A stretch of DNA of 64,000 bases. It comes from Octopus bimaculoides (taxonomy: Eukaryota). Under the pieces are notes generated by a model. It worked only from the letters and a program-made list of their open reading frames with translations, searched no databases and was not told the DNA's origin. The translations under genes and the position numbers were made by a program. Each line of letters starts with the position of its first letter. The stretch's first letter is position 1. Below, one piece after another: positions 27,331 through 40,220 of this stretch. The stretch covers positions 40,562,564 to 40,626,563 of the forward strand of contig NC_068999.1 in NCBI RefSeq assembly GCF_001194135.2, given 5' to 3'.

Positions 27331-28185
27331 CATTTCACTGGCCCGAATCACTTGGCGATGAGAGTGGATAAGATAGTCAGGAGAAAGTGAAAGATTCTAA
27401 TTTTATTGACTGATGTGTTACAGATAAGAATCAAATCTCAATCACATCATACCTTATCGTCTTCAAGACTGACAAATAAGTATTGAGTAATGTAGTTTTA
27501 GACTGAATCTCACAGGTAGAGAAAAGAGGTGATGGTTACGGCTAGAATGCCTTCGATCACAGAATGTTCTATCAGACATGTATTGCAGTTAAACAACAGC
27601 AACAAATGTTGTATTACATGTCTTCTATCGATATTGATAAACTATTATGAAGAGAATGAACGTTAGGTATATGGTTGTATGAGAATGTAGGTTAATTTGC
27701 CATATTGCTTGTGTCTGTATGTCTGTGTGCGTTTCTCTGTGTGCGTTTGTTCGTGCGTGTGCTTGCATGAATGTGTATTTCCGCGTGTGTGTATGTGTGC
27801 AATTAGCTGTGTATGAGTGGATGATTGAGTATGTGTGTTCATGTTCGCCTGTGGGCTCCTGTCTTTATGTTTCGTCATTTATATTTTACTCCTTTCAGTT
27901 ATAAACATGAGACCATTCTGTAATCGAAGAAATCAGCCACATTACTTATTGTCTTATGTTTGAGATATATTCTCCAAGATTACATAACAGTTGACTGTTA
28001 TTTCGAGAAGGAGATGCGACAAGACATCATGAATGTCTCTCGTCAGCATAGGCAGTATGTCTGTACTTACAGAGAATATTTGAGAAAAGGTTTATAACTG
28101 CCTACATGTGTTTCGATGCACGGTGCTACGATGTGCCCTTTCTGTCCACTTTACAAGCAACAATGAGTAGTATTTGCCATTTCGA

Positions 28186-28350
28186 AAGGCCAGCCTTTTC
28201 ACATTCTGTGTCTCGCTAAAGCTCCTTGAGAACAACGTTAAGTGTATGCGTGCCTGTGCAGTGCTCAGCCAATTGCAAATTAATTTCGCGACTAAGGTCT
28301 TATGTTGATCGGATTAACTGGAACCTTCGTCGTTGTATCCGGCGGAGTAA
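28186..28350 (+). repeat. Interspersed repeat family R5, copy 2
   Basis: Homologous to 16163-16326. Confidence 0.7.
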
Positions 28351-28399
28351 CCTTTTTCTAATCATTCGCCATGCCTCACTACTGAAATCTACAAGTTCT

Positions 28400-28560
28400 C
28401 ATTCTTTCTCTGTTTATTTTCTCTTATGCCATTCTGCTGAAGAGCGTAGGCTCGAAACGTAAAAGACTTTTTCATTTTCCCATGAGTCAAACTAATAAAC
28501 TTGCTTGTTGTTCATAAACCTGTCTTCGTCTTTTGTTTTTTCTATAAATTTCCACTATAT
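28400..28560 (+). mobile_element. H1 pseudo-LTR-like repeat with hammerhead motif
   Basis: CCATT-CTGCTGA-A-GAGC-GTAG-GCTC-GAAA-CG-TA-AAAGA at 28429-28466. Confidence 0.75.
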
Positions 28561-28795
28561 GTGTCTGTATATGTATATATATTCATACACATACATACAT
28601 TTATATGTCTATCTATATTTACATTTGCACGTATGTGTGAGTGTGTGTGTGTGTATGTAAGAGTGTATGTGTGGAGTGTGGACGTATGCATATAATTACG
28701 TATATCGTATTCATTTATTAATAGATATGTAGATTGTCTTCATCTTTATACTGCATATACTACGAATATGAGGCAAGCATCACGCACACACACAG

Positions 28796-28841
<46 letters not shown>

Positions 28842-28850
28842 ATGTGTGTT

Positions 28851-28881
<31 letters not shown>

Positions 28882-29013
28882 ATATATGCATATCTATATA
28901 TATGTATGCATATACATATATACATACTTATGTGTGTGGGTATACATAGAGACATCTATATGTTGTTAGCGTGTGTTAGCGTATTTAATTAGAGAGTATG
29001 TATGTGTGTATAT

Positions 29014-29053
<40 letters not shown>

Positions 29054-29391
29054 ATATATATATATATATATATATNNNNNNNNNNNNNNNNNNNNNNNNN
29101 NNNNNNNNNNNNNNNNNNNNNNNNNNNNNNNNNNNNNNNNNNNNNNNNNNNNNNNNNNNNNNNNNNNNNNNNNNNNNNNNNNNNNNNNNNNNNNNNNNNN
29201 NNNNNNNNNNNNNNNNNNNNNNNNNNNNNNNNNNNNNNNNNNNNNNNNNNNNNNNNNNNNNNNNNNNNNNNNNNNNNNNNNNNNNNNNNNNNNNNNNNNN
29301 NNNNNNNNNNNNNNNNNNNNNNNNNNNNNNNNNNNNNNNNNNNNNNNNNNNNNNNNNNNNNNNNNNNNNNNNNNNNNNNNNNNNNNNNNNN

Positions 29392-29445
<54 letters not shown>

Positions 29446-30048
29446 TCTCGATTTCTCTTATATCCCCAACATCAAAACCCGACCCACATTCGGTGCAAAA
29501 CTGGAAACTATTTTTCCATATTGCCAATCTTGTTGCTTCTGCTGCTGCTACGGCCCCTGCCACTCTGGCTGTTGTTGTTTTCGTTCTTGCTGTTCTTCTT
29601 CTTTCTAGCGTTTATTCTGCCGTAGATGTTGTTGTTGGCGATGTTACTGTAGTAACTGACGGAGTTGTTTCTCTTTTCTACTTTGCCCCTCCTGATGTTC
29701 TTTGTCGTATTATTCGTGTTGTTATTGCTATCGAGAATCTTTTACCTAGTAATGCTTCACCTACGACTGATGAGATCCCACGACCAGCGACCTGCCACCT
29801 TTGACCAATCCACTTTTAATATTTATTTTGACCAGCATGCATCTCTCTGTTTTAACGTTTCATTTCTCGTGACACGACGTGGTTTATTTCAGGAAATCTA
29901 GCTCTGTCTTTCAGCATATCAAGCAATCACGCTGAGTGCAGGTCATTCATTCTATTCAAGCATTATTATATTATTTGTTTTGTTATTTGTTGTCATTGTT
30001 TACGTTTGCTGCTTTGTAATTTTGTTTGGAGTAGGTTTTGTTGTTGGC

Positions 30049-30131
<83 letters not shown>

Positions 30132-30132
30132 C

Positions 30133-30162
<30 letters not shown>

Positions 30163-30164
<2 letters not shown>

Positions 30165-30325
30165 TTTAGTCGAATGAATCGGTCGAGTAGTTTTAAGCGT
30201 AGGTATTTATTCTATCTCTATCCTTTGACAGACAGCTATGTCACAGGGATGTAAAGACATCAACACTGGTTGACAAGCGATGGAGGAGGACAAGAACACA
30301 CACACACACACACGCACACACACAC

Positions 30326-30403
<78 letters not shown>

Positions 30404-30552
30404 GACGGGCTTCTTTCAGTTTCCGGCTACTAAATCCACTAGTCAGCCTGAGGCAGTAGTGGAAGACGTTCGCCCAAGGTAGCACGCAGTGAGACTGAAC
30501 TCGGAACCATGTGGTAGGGAAGAAAGCTTCTTACCACGCAACCTCGCCTGCG
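30163..30552 (-). mobile_element. Composite S2 SINE (tRNA head, CA/TA microsatellite, tail module)
   Basis: Reverse-complemented S2 head at 30401-30552, microsatellite, then the tail module at 30163-30300. Same architecture as the copies at 38.0 and 40.2 kb. Confidence 0.8.
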
Positions 30553-31872
30553 TAAACTGTCGCTGTAATATTTGTTCCACCCACTCATTACTTCGCTACC
30601 AAATTCCTCGAAGTATAAATTTTACTGATGCAGTCACATCTGGTTTTCTCTCTTCGATCAATTCTTGTATTTATTCTCTTTGTTCCTTATTCTCTATTTC
30701 TGATGCAACCGAGAGAAATTGATACGGAAGACCATTAACACATAAATTGCGAAATGTGCAACAACAAGAGGTTGCGTGTCAATCTATCTAGACTCTCGAC
30801 CATCTAAAACTATCAGCCAAATCTATCTCCATCAGACATCACCCAAATATCTTGTGAAAGAACGCAAACAATAATGTGTTGCACTGAGATAGATAATTAC
30901 TGAAAATGTGATTAGAAAGTGGTGGACTTCAACCTGAAACATGCACACGAAGACACACACCCAGTATATTATTCTGTATGTATTTTGGGGTAATTCATCA
31001 GGATAAACTCGCTTCACATACTAGAAATAGCAATCAACTCACTCATGTAAGGATACTATCGTATACAATGATTTTATAAATATTTTTTTTTTGTAAAATG
31101 CATATATTTTCACACATACACACATGTGTACACACATAAATATTTCTGTGTTTCGAGAAACAGACGAAGGGAAAAGGAGAGATTGGTAGCTATACATGCA
31201 TTCAAGACTGTATTCTACATGTACGTCTTTATGTTTGTCTATATGTTTCGACGATGGTTATCTGCAGTGCAAACAAATGTAAGATATAGACCAGTGAATC
31301 AATGTTAGAAATTTGTAAGGGATGATGATGTGGCTCATCAGTTCAATAAATGTATTTTACTGAGGTAAGGAATCCAGTTTTAATTTCTCAACCTTGTACC
31401 AATGAATACATATTGATCTGCAGCGGGTATAGAACTGTGAAGTAATTCTTACGATCAGCAATCCGATGACCATATCGATTCTATAACAGTTTTGGTTATT
31501 ATTATCTACTGAAAGCCGTCTTCAAATTTCTGAGAAAATTTTAGGTCGCTCACGCTCAACTTATTTCTTGTCTGGTGCATCCTATTTCATCGATCTCGGT
31601 CACATATGAAAAGTAAAATTGACATTGTTAACATTCAAAATCAGAAAGGAGATTAATTACATTCGAAATGCGGGAAGCCATTTTTGCCAACGCTTCTATA
31701 AGTCAACCGATTTCCATGACGTCACATTAACCAAATGAATGAGGAAAGACAAATTTGACATTGGCGACATTCAAACTGAGGACGGAAGGGACGTTAATCA
31801 CAGCACTGCTTTATATTTCGTTCAACGTCTACTAACTTTGGAAAGTAACTGCTTCTTCATTATTTGCATTAG

Positions 31873-32050
31873 TTACATTTGACGGATATTTGTCTTCATC
31901 TTGTTTGTTGTTAACTCAACGTTTGAGAACCCAGGTTCGAAATTTCCCCAAGATACCTGATGAAGGCTGGAGGGTATATCAGTCGAAACGTTGTGTTAAC
32001 AACAAACAAGACGAGGACAAATATCCGTCAATTGTAAATAAGGTACATAA
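31873..32050 (+). mobile_element. H2 tail copy arranged as a fold-back (52-bp inverted arms)
   Basis: Arms at 31873-31924 and 31986-32037 are reverse complements at 48 of 52 positions. The sequence is homologous to 4400-4530. Confidence 0.85.
31952..31997 (+). ncRNA. Minimal type I hammerhead ribozyme motif (H2) with canonical core
   Basis: GATAC-CTGATGA-A-GGCTG-(10 nt)-CAGTC-GAAA-CG-TT-GTGTT. All helix I and II positions pair (Watson-Crick or G-U). Predicted cleavage is after 31992. Confidence 0.75.
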
Positions 32051-35000
32051 TTCTTCATCTCTTAAATATAGAACTGTATTGACCGCCTCATTATTTTATT
32101 AATGCCTAAAACGTAAAGTTGACATTGGAGGCACTGGAAATTAGAAAGGCTTTATTCCAAATACTTTTAGCTAGGACTTTCAATGCTATATTCGCAAGTA
32201 GTACCAGCTATATCTCCCCCATAGGCAAAAAGCAAAGTGACTTTAATCTGAAAGTTGTAAAATATTTTAAACTATGTTCTACCAATAACGATGGTTTTCA
32301 TGAGTGTTAGTTATTTTATAGACCCGAGGAAGTTCCAAAGATAAAATTAAAATTAACATTGGCGTGATTAGAAATCAAATCAGAGAACGTCATAATTAAA
32401 TACCACAGGAGAAATTTTATCCTGGTGATATACACATTCTACCAATCCACGTACCATATTCACACAAAATCCTGTCATTGACGTCAAGAAATATATCGAG
32501 TGAGAACAAGAATGAACATCAAAAATACCAAACTATATAATTTCGTAATGAAAACATTTTAACATTTATTCTTCTCTCTTATTTAAAAAAAATAAAACGG
32601 TGAAAATAACATTAAACATAACAAGAGAAAAACAACTGCAACAACAATAAAATACAAGCAAGTATAACAAGAAAAATTAAATTAAAACTAAACATATAAA
32701 CTAGAACAAAAAGAGCATCTTTTTCTCTTTGTTTCCCTCTCTTTCTTCTATATTCCATTTCCACTGTTTTACATTCGTGTTCCCTCTTACACTTTTTCTC
32801 CCTATCTTTCTATATTTTCATTACTTCTCTTGTACTCTCGACCACTTTTCCTTCATACTATCCTTCACACTCTCTTTCTCTCTCTTTCTTACTCTCTTCC
32901 ACCCATACACTTTACGATTTTTCTTTTCTTTGTTTTTTTCTTTTCATTCTTTCTGAAAAGATAGTCGTATTTTAATTATGATTGCATCCTTATTAATTAA
33001 AATCCACGCAACGTATGTTGAAAATTTATGAAGTAACAAATATATAAAAAAATACATTATTCAAACAACACAACACACACAAATACAATAACATCGACAA
33101 CACTACAAAAACAAAATGACAACAAGCGAAAATGAATATATAAATAATGTATTTGTTACAAAGATAAAGAAAATATACAAAAAAAAATATATTAAAATAT
33201 AGTTTAATTGTCATATACTATTGAAAGTCTTGATTGTTAGAACGTCTTATTGCTTAAGGGGCAAGCAGACATCTTGTTTTTTTATCTCTTCAATTTTTTG
33301 TGTGTATGAGTGCGTGAGTAAATACAGACATACGTATATACATATATACATACATATATACATATGCATATATATATATATATATANNNNNNNNNNNNNN
33401 NNNNNNNNNNNNNNNNNNNNNNNNNNNNNNNNNNNNNNNNNNNNNNNNNNNNNNNNNNNNNNNNNNNNNNNNNNNNNNNNNNNNNNNNNNNNNNNNNNNN
33501 NNNNNNNNNNNNNNNNNNNNNNNNNNNNNNNNNNNNNNNNNNNNNNNNNNNNNNNNNNNNNNNNNNNNNNNNNNNNNNNNNNNNNNNNNNNNNNNNNNNN
33601 NNNNNNNNNNNNNNNNNNNNNNNNNNNNNNNNNNNNNNNNNNNNNNNNNNNNNNNNNNNNNNNNNNNNNNNNNNNNNNNNNNNNNNNNNNNNNNNNNNNN
33701 NNNNNNNNNNNNNNNNNNNNNNNNNNNNNNNNNNNNNNNNNNNNNNNNNNNNNNNNNNNNNNNNNNNNNNNNNNNNNNNNNNNNNNNNNNNNNNNNNNNN
33801 NNNNNNNNNNNNNNNNNNNNNNNNNNNNNNNNNNNNNNNNNNNNNNNNNNNNNNNNNNNNNNNNNNNNNNNNNNNNNNNNNNNNNNNNNNNNNNNNNNNN
33901 NNNNNNNNNNNNNNNNNNNNNNNNNNNNNNNNNNNNNNNNNNNNNNNNNNNNNNNNNNNNNNNNNNNNNNNNNNNNNNNNNNNNNNNNNNNNNNNNNNNN
34001 NNNNNNNNNNNNNNNNNNNNNNNNNNNNNNNNNNNNNNNNNNNNNNNNNNNNNNNNNNNNNNNNNNNNNNNNNNNNNNNNNNNNNNNNNNNNNNNNNNNN
34101 NNNNNNNNNNNNNNNNNNNNNNNNNNNNNNNNNNNNNNNNNNNNNNNNNNNNNNNNNNNNNNNNNNNNNNNNNNNNNNNNNNNNNNNNNNNNNNNNNNNN
34201 NNNNNNNNNNNNNNNNNNNNNNNNNNNNNNNNNNNNTATATATACATATATATATATGTGTGTGTGTACTTATGTTTGTATGTCTGTATGCATGTATGTA
34301 CACGTACATATATATATAGGTACTACTGACATATATACATATACACATATAGACGACCGTATTGAACGTGTATGGATATATATACTTACATATTTACAAA
34401 GAAAAAATGATAATGCTAATGTACAATCTTTGAAAGTCTTTTCCTTATGGCGACTTCTTTAGATTTCAATAAGATAAAAAATGATGCTTCGTTCCGATAA
34501 AGCAATCACTTTTAAATGTGTATATACTTATATAGATGTGTATAAATGGCTGTATGTATGATTACGTATACCTGCGTATACATATATAGATATTTCTCTC
34601 AGTTTGTATATATATATATATATATATATGAATATACAGATATGTCCATATATGCATACATAATTACACATATACATATGTTTGTTTGTGAGCAAGTGTG
34701 TGCATATGTCTTGTGTGTGTTCAACTGTGTGTGCTCATATCTCTTTCTTATCACGTTTTGTTGAGCGTGTGTGCGTGCATTTGTGTGTCAAATTTTATTT
34801 GCTTCCGTTCCTTTTGTGTTTGTGTTGTTGTTCATGTGGGAGTGTGTATGTTTGTGCGTGTGTGCTTTTACTTGTGGTTCGGCGATTGTTTGGGTATATG
34901 TTTGTCTCTATGCTCTGTGTTCGTTTGTTTGTGTACGTGTATCTGTGCATGCGTGTGGTTACATTCTTTGTGGTTTGCCGAAACTAGACTAACGTCGGTA

Positions 35001-35570
35001 TAAATTTCCATGAAATGCAAATGAAAAATTGTACAGAGAAATGGCGTTGAAATCTGAAGGAATAATTCCATTGATACGAAGATTAGAGGATTTTCTGTTT
35101 TTTACCTTGGCGAATCTTTTCCTTGGGTAATAGACTGTTATTTGTCAGTTTTTTTTTTTTGTATTTTATACTTGTTCTTGCCATTTTATGATTATCTGTT
35201 TCATGTCAAAAACTCTTGTTGGGATTCCGTTGAATCGAAGATTAAGATACACGCCAAACACATCATAAGCGATACCAAGAACACACGCATACATGCAGCA
35301 TATGCGTACCGATATATGCATATATATATATATATATNNNNNNNNNNNNNNNNNNNNNNNNNNNNNNNNNNNNNNNNNNNNNNNNNNNNNNNNNNNNNNN
35401 NNNNNNNNNNNNNNNNNNNNNNNNNNNNNNNNNNNNNNNNNNNNNNNNNNNNNNNNNNNNNNNNNNNNNNNNNNNNNNNNNNNNNNNNNNNNNNNNNNNN
35501 NNNNNNNNNNNNNNNNNNNNNNNNNNTATATACATATATTTAGATATGTATGTATCTATATATATATATA

Positions 35571-35619
<49 letters not shown>

Positions 35620-35868
35620 ACATACGCACACACATATGCATATATGTGCGTGTATGTGTGTATGTATGTATAGAGAGAGATACAAATATTTATAAAAGTA
35701 TATATATATATGTCTGTATATATACATATATATACATATATATACATATATATACACATGTATACATATACATAAATATATGTAAATATATAAATGCATT
35801 TATATATGTATATACATATATGCATATAAATACTTGCATATAGGCGTGTGCATGTCTGTGAATGTGCT

Positions 35869-35901
<33 letters not shown>

Positions 35902-37349
35902 GTGTATGTGTGCGCGCGCACTTGCGCTCGCGCGTATGTGTGTTTAAGCGGGGGATTGTAATTGATATCTTTTTACTTAATTATATACTTGCCAGAAATG
36001 AAGTAAAAAGTTTAGAAAAATTTAATAGTATCTTATGGAAGGTGGGAGAAGTTCAATTAACTAAACGTTGTTGCTATCTGTTCTTGTAGGTGAGTGGCTC
36101 AAAATGCGCTCTTTGCCATACGAAATATGTTTCACTATTGTTCTACATCTCCATCATAAATAACTCTCTAAATTTGGAGATCTGTTCAACCAATACAGAT
36201 CAAAATACTCACAATCGAAAGATCTGCGCCCACTAAGCAGTTGATAATATGAATTTTCTTCCTCTCAAGAACCCTCAAGACTAGCATTAAATTGTTCTGA
36301 GTTCCTCATACCTATCTTTATATATTTTTAGTATCGGTCATCCTTACATTCCATCCATAAAGAGAAAAAAAAAACATGCCTGTATAATTAAAGATGAAGC
36401 ATTGGTGTAACAGTGGTGTTTTGTTCATCAGTGGATTAGCTTTCTTTCCCTGCACTGATTTGTAAATACTCAATTGTAATCTATAATGTGGAGAATGCAT
36501 ATTAGAGCAGACCTGCAAACACAATTTATTATACACTGAAATTATTATTATATGGAAAGGGCTGCGAAACCATCGTTAGCCTAACGATGGTAAATGGTTG
36601 AATAGATGCATTCACCTCTCATACTTCCTGATCATTTATGATTTATGTCAGTAGCATTGAACTCTCCATTATGCATTTTATGAATTGAATTAGTATGTCG
36701 TCTGCTAGCCGACTCTGCTTGAGGAGCTTCCTCTGTTAGCCACACGATTGTATGAATCGATATATATATATATATACAAATATATATATATNNNNNNNNN
36801 NNNNNNNNNNNNNNNNNNNNNNNNNNNNNNNNNNNNNNNNNNNNNNNNNNNNNNNNNNNNNNNNNNNNNNNNNNNNNNNNNNNNNNNNNNNNNNNNNNNN
36901 NNNNNNNNNNNNNNNNNNNNNNNNNNNNNNNNNNNNNNNNNNNNNNNNNNNNNNNNNNNNNNNNNNNNNNNNNNNNNNNNNNNNNNNNNNNNNNNNNNNN
37001 NNNNNNNNNNNNNNNNNATATATATACATAAGTATGCAGTATACATGTACGTACGTATGTACATACATGCATACATAATACATACATAGATAGATACATG
37101 CATACATACATTTACATATACATATGTGTATATGCATATGCGGATGTATGCGAAATGAAACTGAACTAAGAGGAATAACACAGACTGGCTAGAAGCAAGA
37201 TTCAAGTGAACACAGACTAAGATATTCTGAATGACATAAGAGATAAAATTATTGATTCATGGAAGATATCTCCGTTTCATGATCAATTAAACAAAAGCCT
37301 GACGGTGATTGATTCCGATCTTGACTGAGATACTGTGAATCTAAAGGCA

Positions 37350-37480
37350 GCAAACATTCTCATCAATTAACATGGATTAACATGCCCTTAACTACAAGGT
37401 TTATTTCCTCTGGAGTCAAGACCATAGATGTGAGCACGTGCTTCAGCTGTCCAATAGTGCCGTCACCAATGCACTATCCT
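37350..37480 (-). pseudogene. Degenerate EF-hand fragment resembling myosin light chain/calmodulin
   Basis: Frame 37473-37363 gives CIGDGTIGQLKHVLTSMVLTPEEINLVVKGMLIHVN*, compared with G.GTI...ELRHVLT.LGEKLT.EEV...G...G.VNY in light chains. It needs small deletions to align and has flanking stops. Confidence 0.45.
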
Positions 37481-37500
37481 TTCTCTTACGCATCTACACC

Positions 37501-37531
<31 letters not shown>

Positions 37532-37908
37532 CAGTCTGTCTGTAGGTGTATGTGTGTGTGTGGGGGATGCGCGTTTTATGTCAAAATGGTTACGATTTTT
37601 CCAGTTCAGACTATCATAGAGTCTGCCTGAGTGCAAAAAAGGAGTAACAAGTGTACTGCTTCTTACTCAAACAATCATCGCATCATTCATTAATTAGCTA
37701 ATAATTATTAAGCACTCTGCTGTAATATATTTACCACAGAGTAAATAATAGCAAGAACAACAACAACAACAACAACAATGATGATAATAATACTGAATGA
37801 AGAATAAAGATGATGATTTTCTAGATAGACAGATAGATAGATAGACAGATAGATAGACAGATAGATAGACAGATAGATAGACAGATAGATAGATAGATAG
37901 ATAAATAA

Positions 37909-37967
<59 letters not shown>

Positions 37968-38020
37968 TATTCATTCATTCAATCGTAGATATAGACATAT
38001 ACATATTTTTTTTAATTTTA

Positions 38021-38421
38021 TTTTATTTGTTTCAATCATTTGACTACGGCCATGATGGAGCACTGCTTTTAGTCGAGCAAATCGATGCCAGGGCTTATTC
38101 TTTGTAAGCCTAGTATTCATTCTATCGGTCTTTTAGCAGAACCGCCAAGTTACACGGACGTAAATACACCAGCATCTGTTGTCAAGCAATGCTGGAGGGA
38201 CAAACACAGACGCACAAACACACACAGGTCCATATATATATATATATATACATTACGACGGGTTTCCTTCAGATTTCGTCTTCCAAATTCACTCGTAAGG
38301 CTTTATCGGCTCGCCGAGGCTATAGTAGAAGACACTTAACCAGGGTGCCACGCTGTGGGACTGAGTCCGGAAGCATGTGGTTGGTAAGCAGGATACTTAT
38401 CACACATCCACACCTGCGCCT
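38021..38421 (-). mobile_element. Near-full-length composite S2 SINE
   Basis: Head at 38254-38421 (B-box-like reverse complement GGGACTGAGTCC), CA/TA spacer, tail module, and a 3' end GTGCTCCATCATGGCCGTAGTCAAATGATTGAAACAAATAAAA. Confidence 0.85.
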
Positions 38422-39199
38422 ATATATATACTTTTTTGTCATTGTGTATATGTGAATACACACAGACACACACATAAGTCACCCACATACGCGCGCACAC
38501 ACACACACACCAATATATTATGAGAAAAACAAAACATTATCACAGGAGAAAAGAAAACTAAATAGTCCTAATTTTGAATGTAGCCTTGTTATATTGAAAG
38601 ATCTCCACTTATGAGTGGTCGGTCCAAAAATTTCGGAAACGCATGGATGTCACAGAACACAGTTTTTCGTTTGTACCCAACGAAAGAAATATGGGTCGTT
38701 TCTAATCAATGGTTTTATGGCTTCCTCAGAGAAAGGAAGGTAACGCCAATTACATGAATTCCAGGCTCCAATCCAACTATTAGAGAGGAAATGCAGAGGT
38801 CATACTTTAACTAAATAGTTGGCCTAGATACATGTAATAGTTTGTATCCTTCTAACGGTACCAAAGGACTTTGTGGGGGTATTACACCGAGCGGTGAATA
38901 AAATGCACCAATATACTTGCACAGTGAACCACGCTTTGTGATTAAACCGGATATCGTGTAGTTCGGACATGAAATTCTTAATCTCACAACTATGGCTGCG
39001 CTCAATTAAAAGAGAATTAATACATCAGAAGACTAGGATCGATATATTCACCCAGCGGTTACCGAAGTGGATAAAAGAGTACCAAACTAGAGCAATTTAT
39101 AATTTAAAATGTCCTTCTATTCTTCATTGTGGAGATGTTGGTTTCCTCTCGCGTTTCCTGCATCGAAAACCTAATTGAATGTCCAGTATATCCTCATGT

Positions 39200-39262
39200 T
39201 TACAGTAACATAATTTCTCATCTTTCTTTCTCCCCCTCTCTTTCTCTCTCTGTGTCTCTCTC

Positions 39263-39303
<41 letters not shown>

Positions 39304-39647
39304 CTCTCTGTATCTATCTATCCATCAATCTATCTCTGTTTCTCATCACTCTCTGTCTATGTCTGTCTCTCTCAAATTTTAGCACTTACTCTCTCGTTCT
39401 TTCCCTTTCTTTGTCTCTCCTTATTTCCCTCTATCTATCAGTCATCCCCCTCTCTCTAATCTCTCACCCCCTCTATCACTATCACTATCTCTTTGTTGTT
39501 CTTACTCTCTTCCCTCCCTCTTCCTTCCCTTCACTACGCTGTCCCATTCTCCATTAATCTTTATCTCTCTTCAATTTCCTTTTTTTCTCTTACTCTGCCT
39601 CTCTCTCTGTCACCTACTCTCTCTCCCTCTCTCCCCATCTCTTTCTT

Positions 39648-39723
<76 letters not shown>
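39200..39723. repeat. (CT)n-rich polypyrimidine tract
   Basis: Seen directly. Confidence 0.9.
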
Positions 39724-39727
<4 letters not shown>

Positions 39728-40220
39728 AATTCTCCACATCAATGGGTCGAGAAAGTAGTTTTCAAATCGTAGACCCACCACCACCACCACTGACCTCCGC
39801 CAATCCTTTCGCACCCGCTCCATGGACGCCACAAAAAGATGAAAGAATTACATTATATCAATATTAGAAATCCTCTTTTCATCGTACAACTGCTTCAATC
39901 AGTTACTATAGACAATTATAGTAACAAGTACAACTTTCCAATACTAGAGTATTTGTAATTATAAGTGAACACATGTCAAGTCAAAGCAAGGCAAGAAATT
40001 TCAAAGTGAGCTCATGTCACTTCTGAATACGAACAAAGATTTTAAAGCAAGTATATGTCGCCTCAAACTGAGATTACAGATTTCAAAGTCAGCACATTTC
40101 ACTTAAACTAATCATAAACTGACTTAACTCTTAAATAAAAATGTCGTCTTTTTCAAAAGGGTGCTATCCCTTTGCTAAATTTTATAGGTGTACGAAGATT
40201 TTGAAATTCTCTTGCGTATG

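Noticed and set aside
29766-29790. CTGATGA heptamers here and at ~41891 and ~51766
   Set aside because: No downstream GAAA-palindrome-UH with compatible helices.
35990-36240. Plus-strand exon-like pieces (NEVKSLEKFNSILWK etc.); similar pieces at 42870-42920, 51594-51630, 52168-52207 and 59566-59660, and a minus-strand piece at 36632-36733
   Set aside because: Splice signals are plausible but the implied introns are very short or the phases cannot be chained, and no domain is recognisable. Support is insufficient without RNA data.
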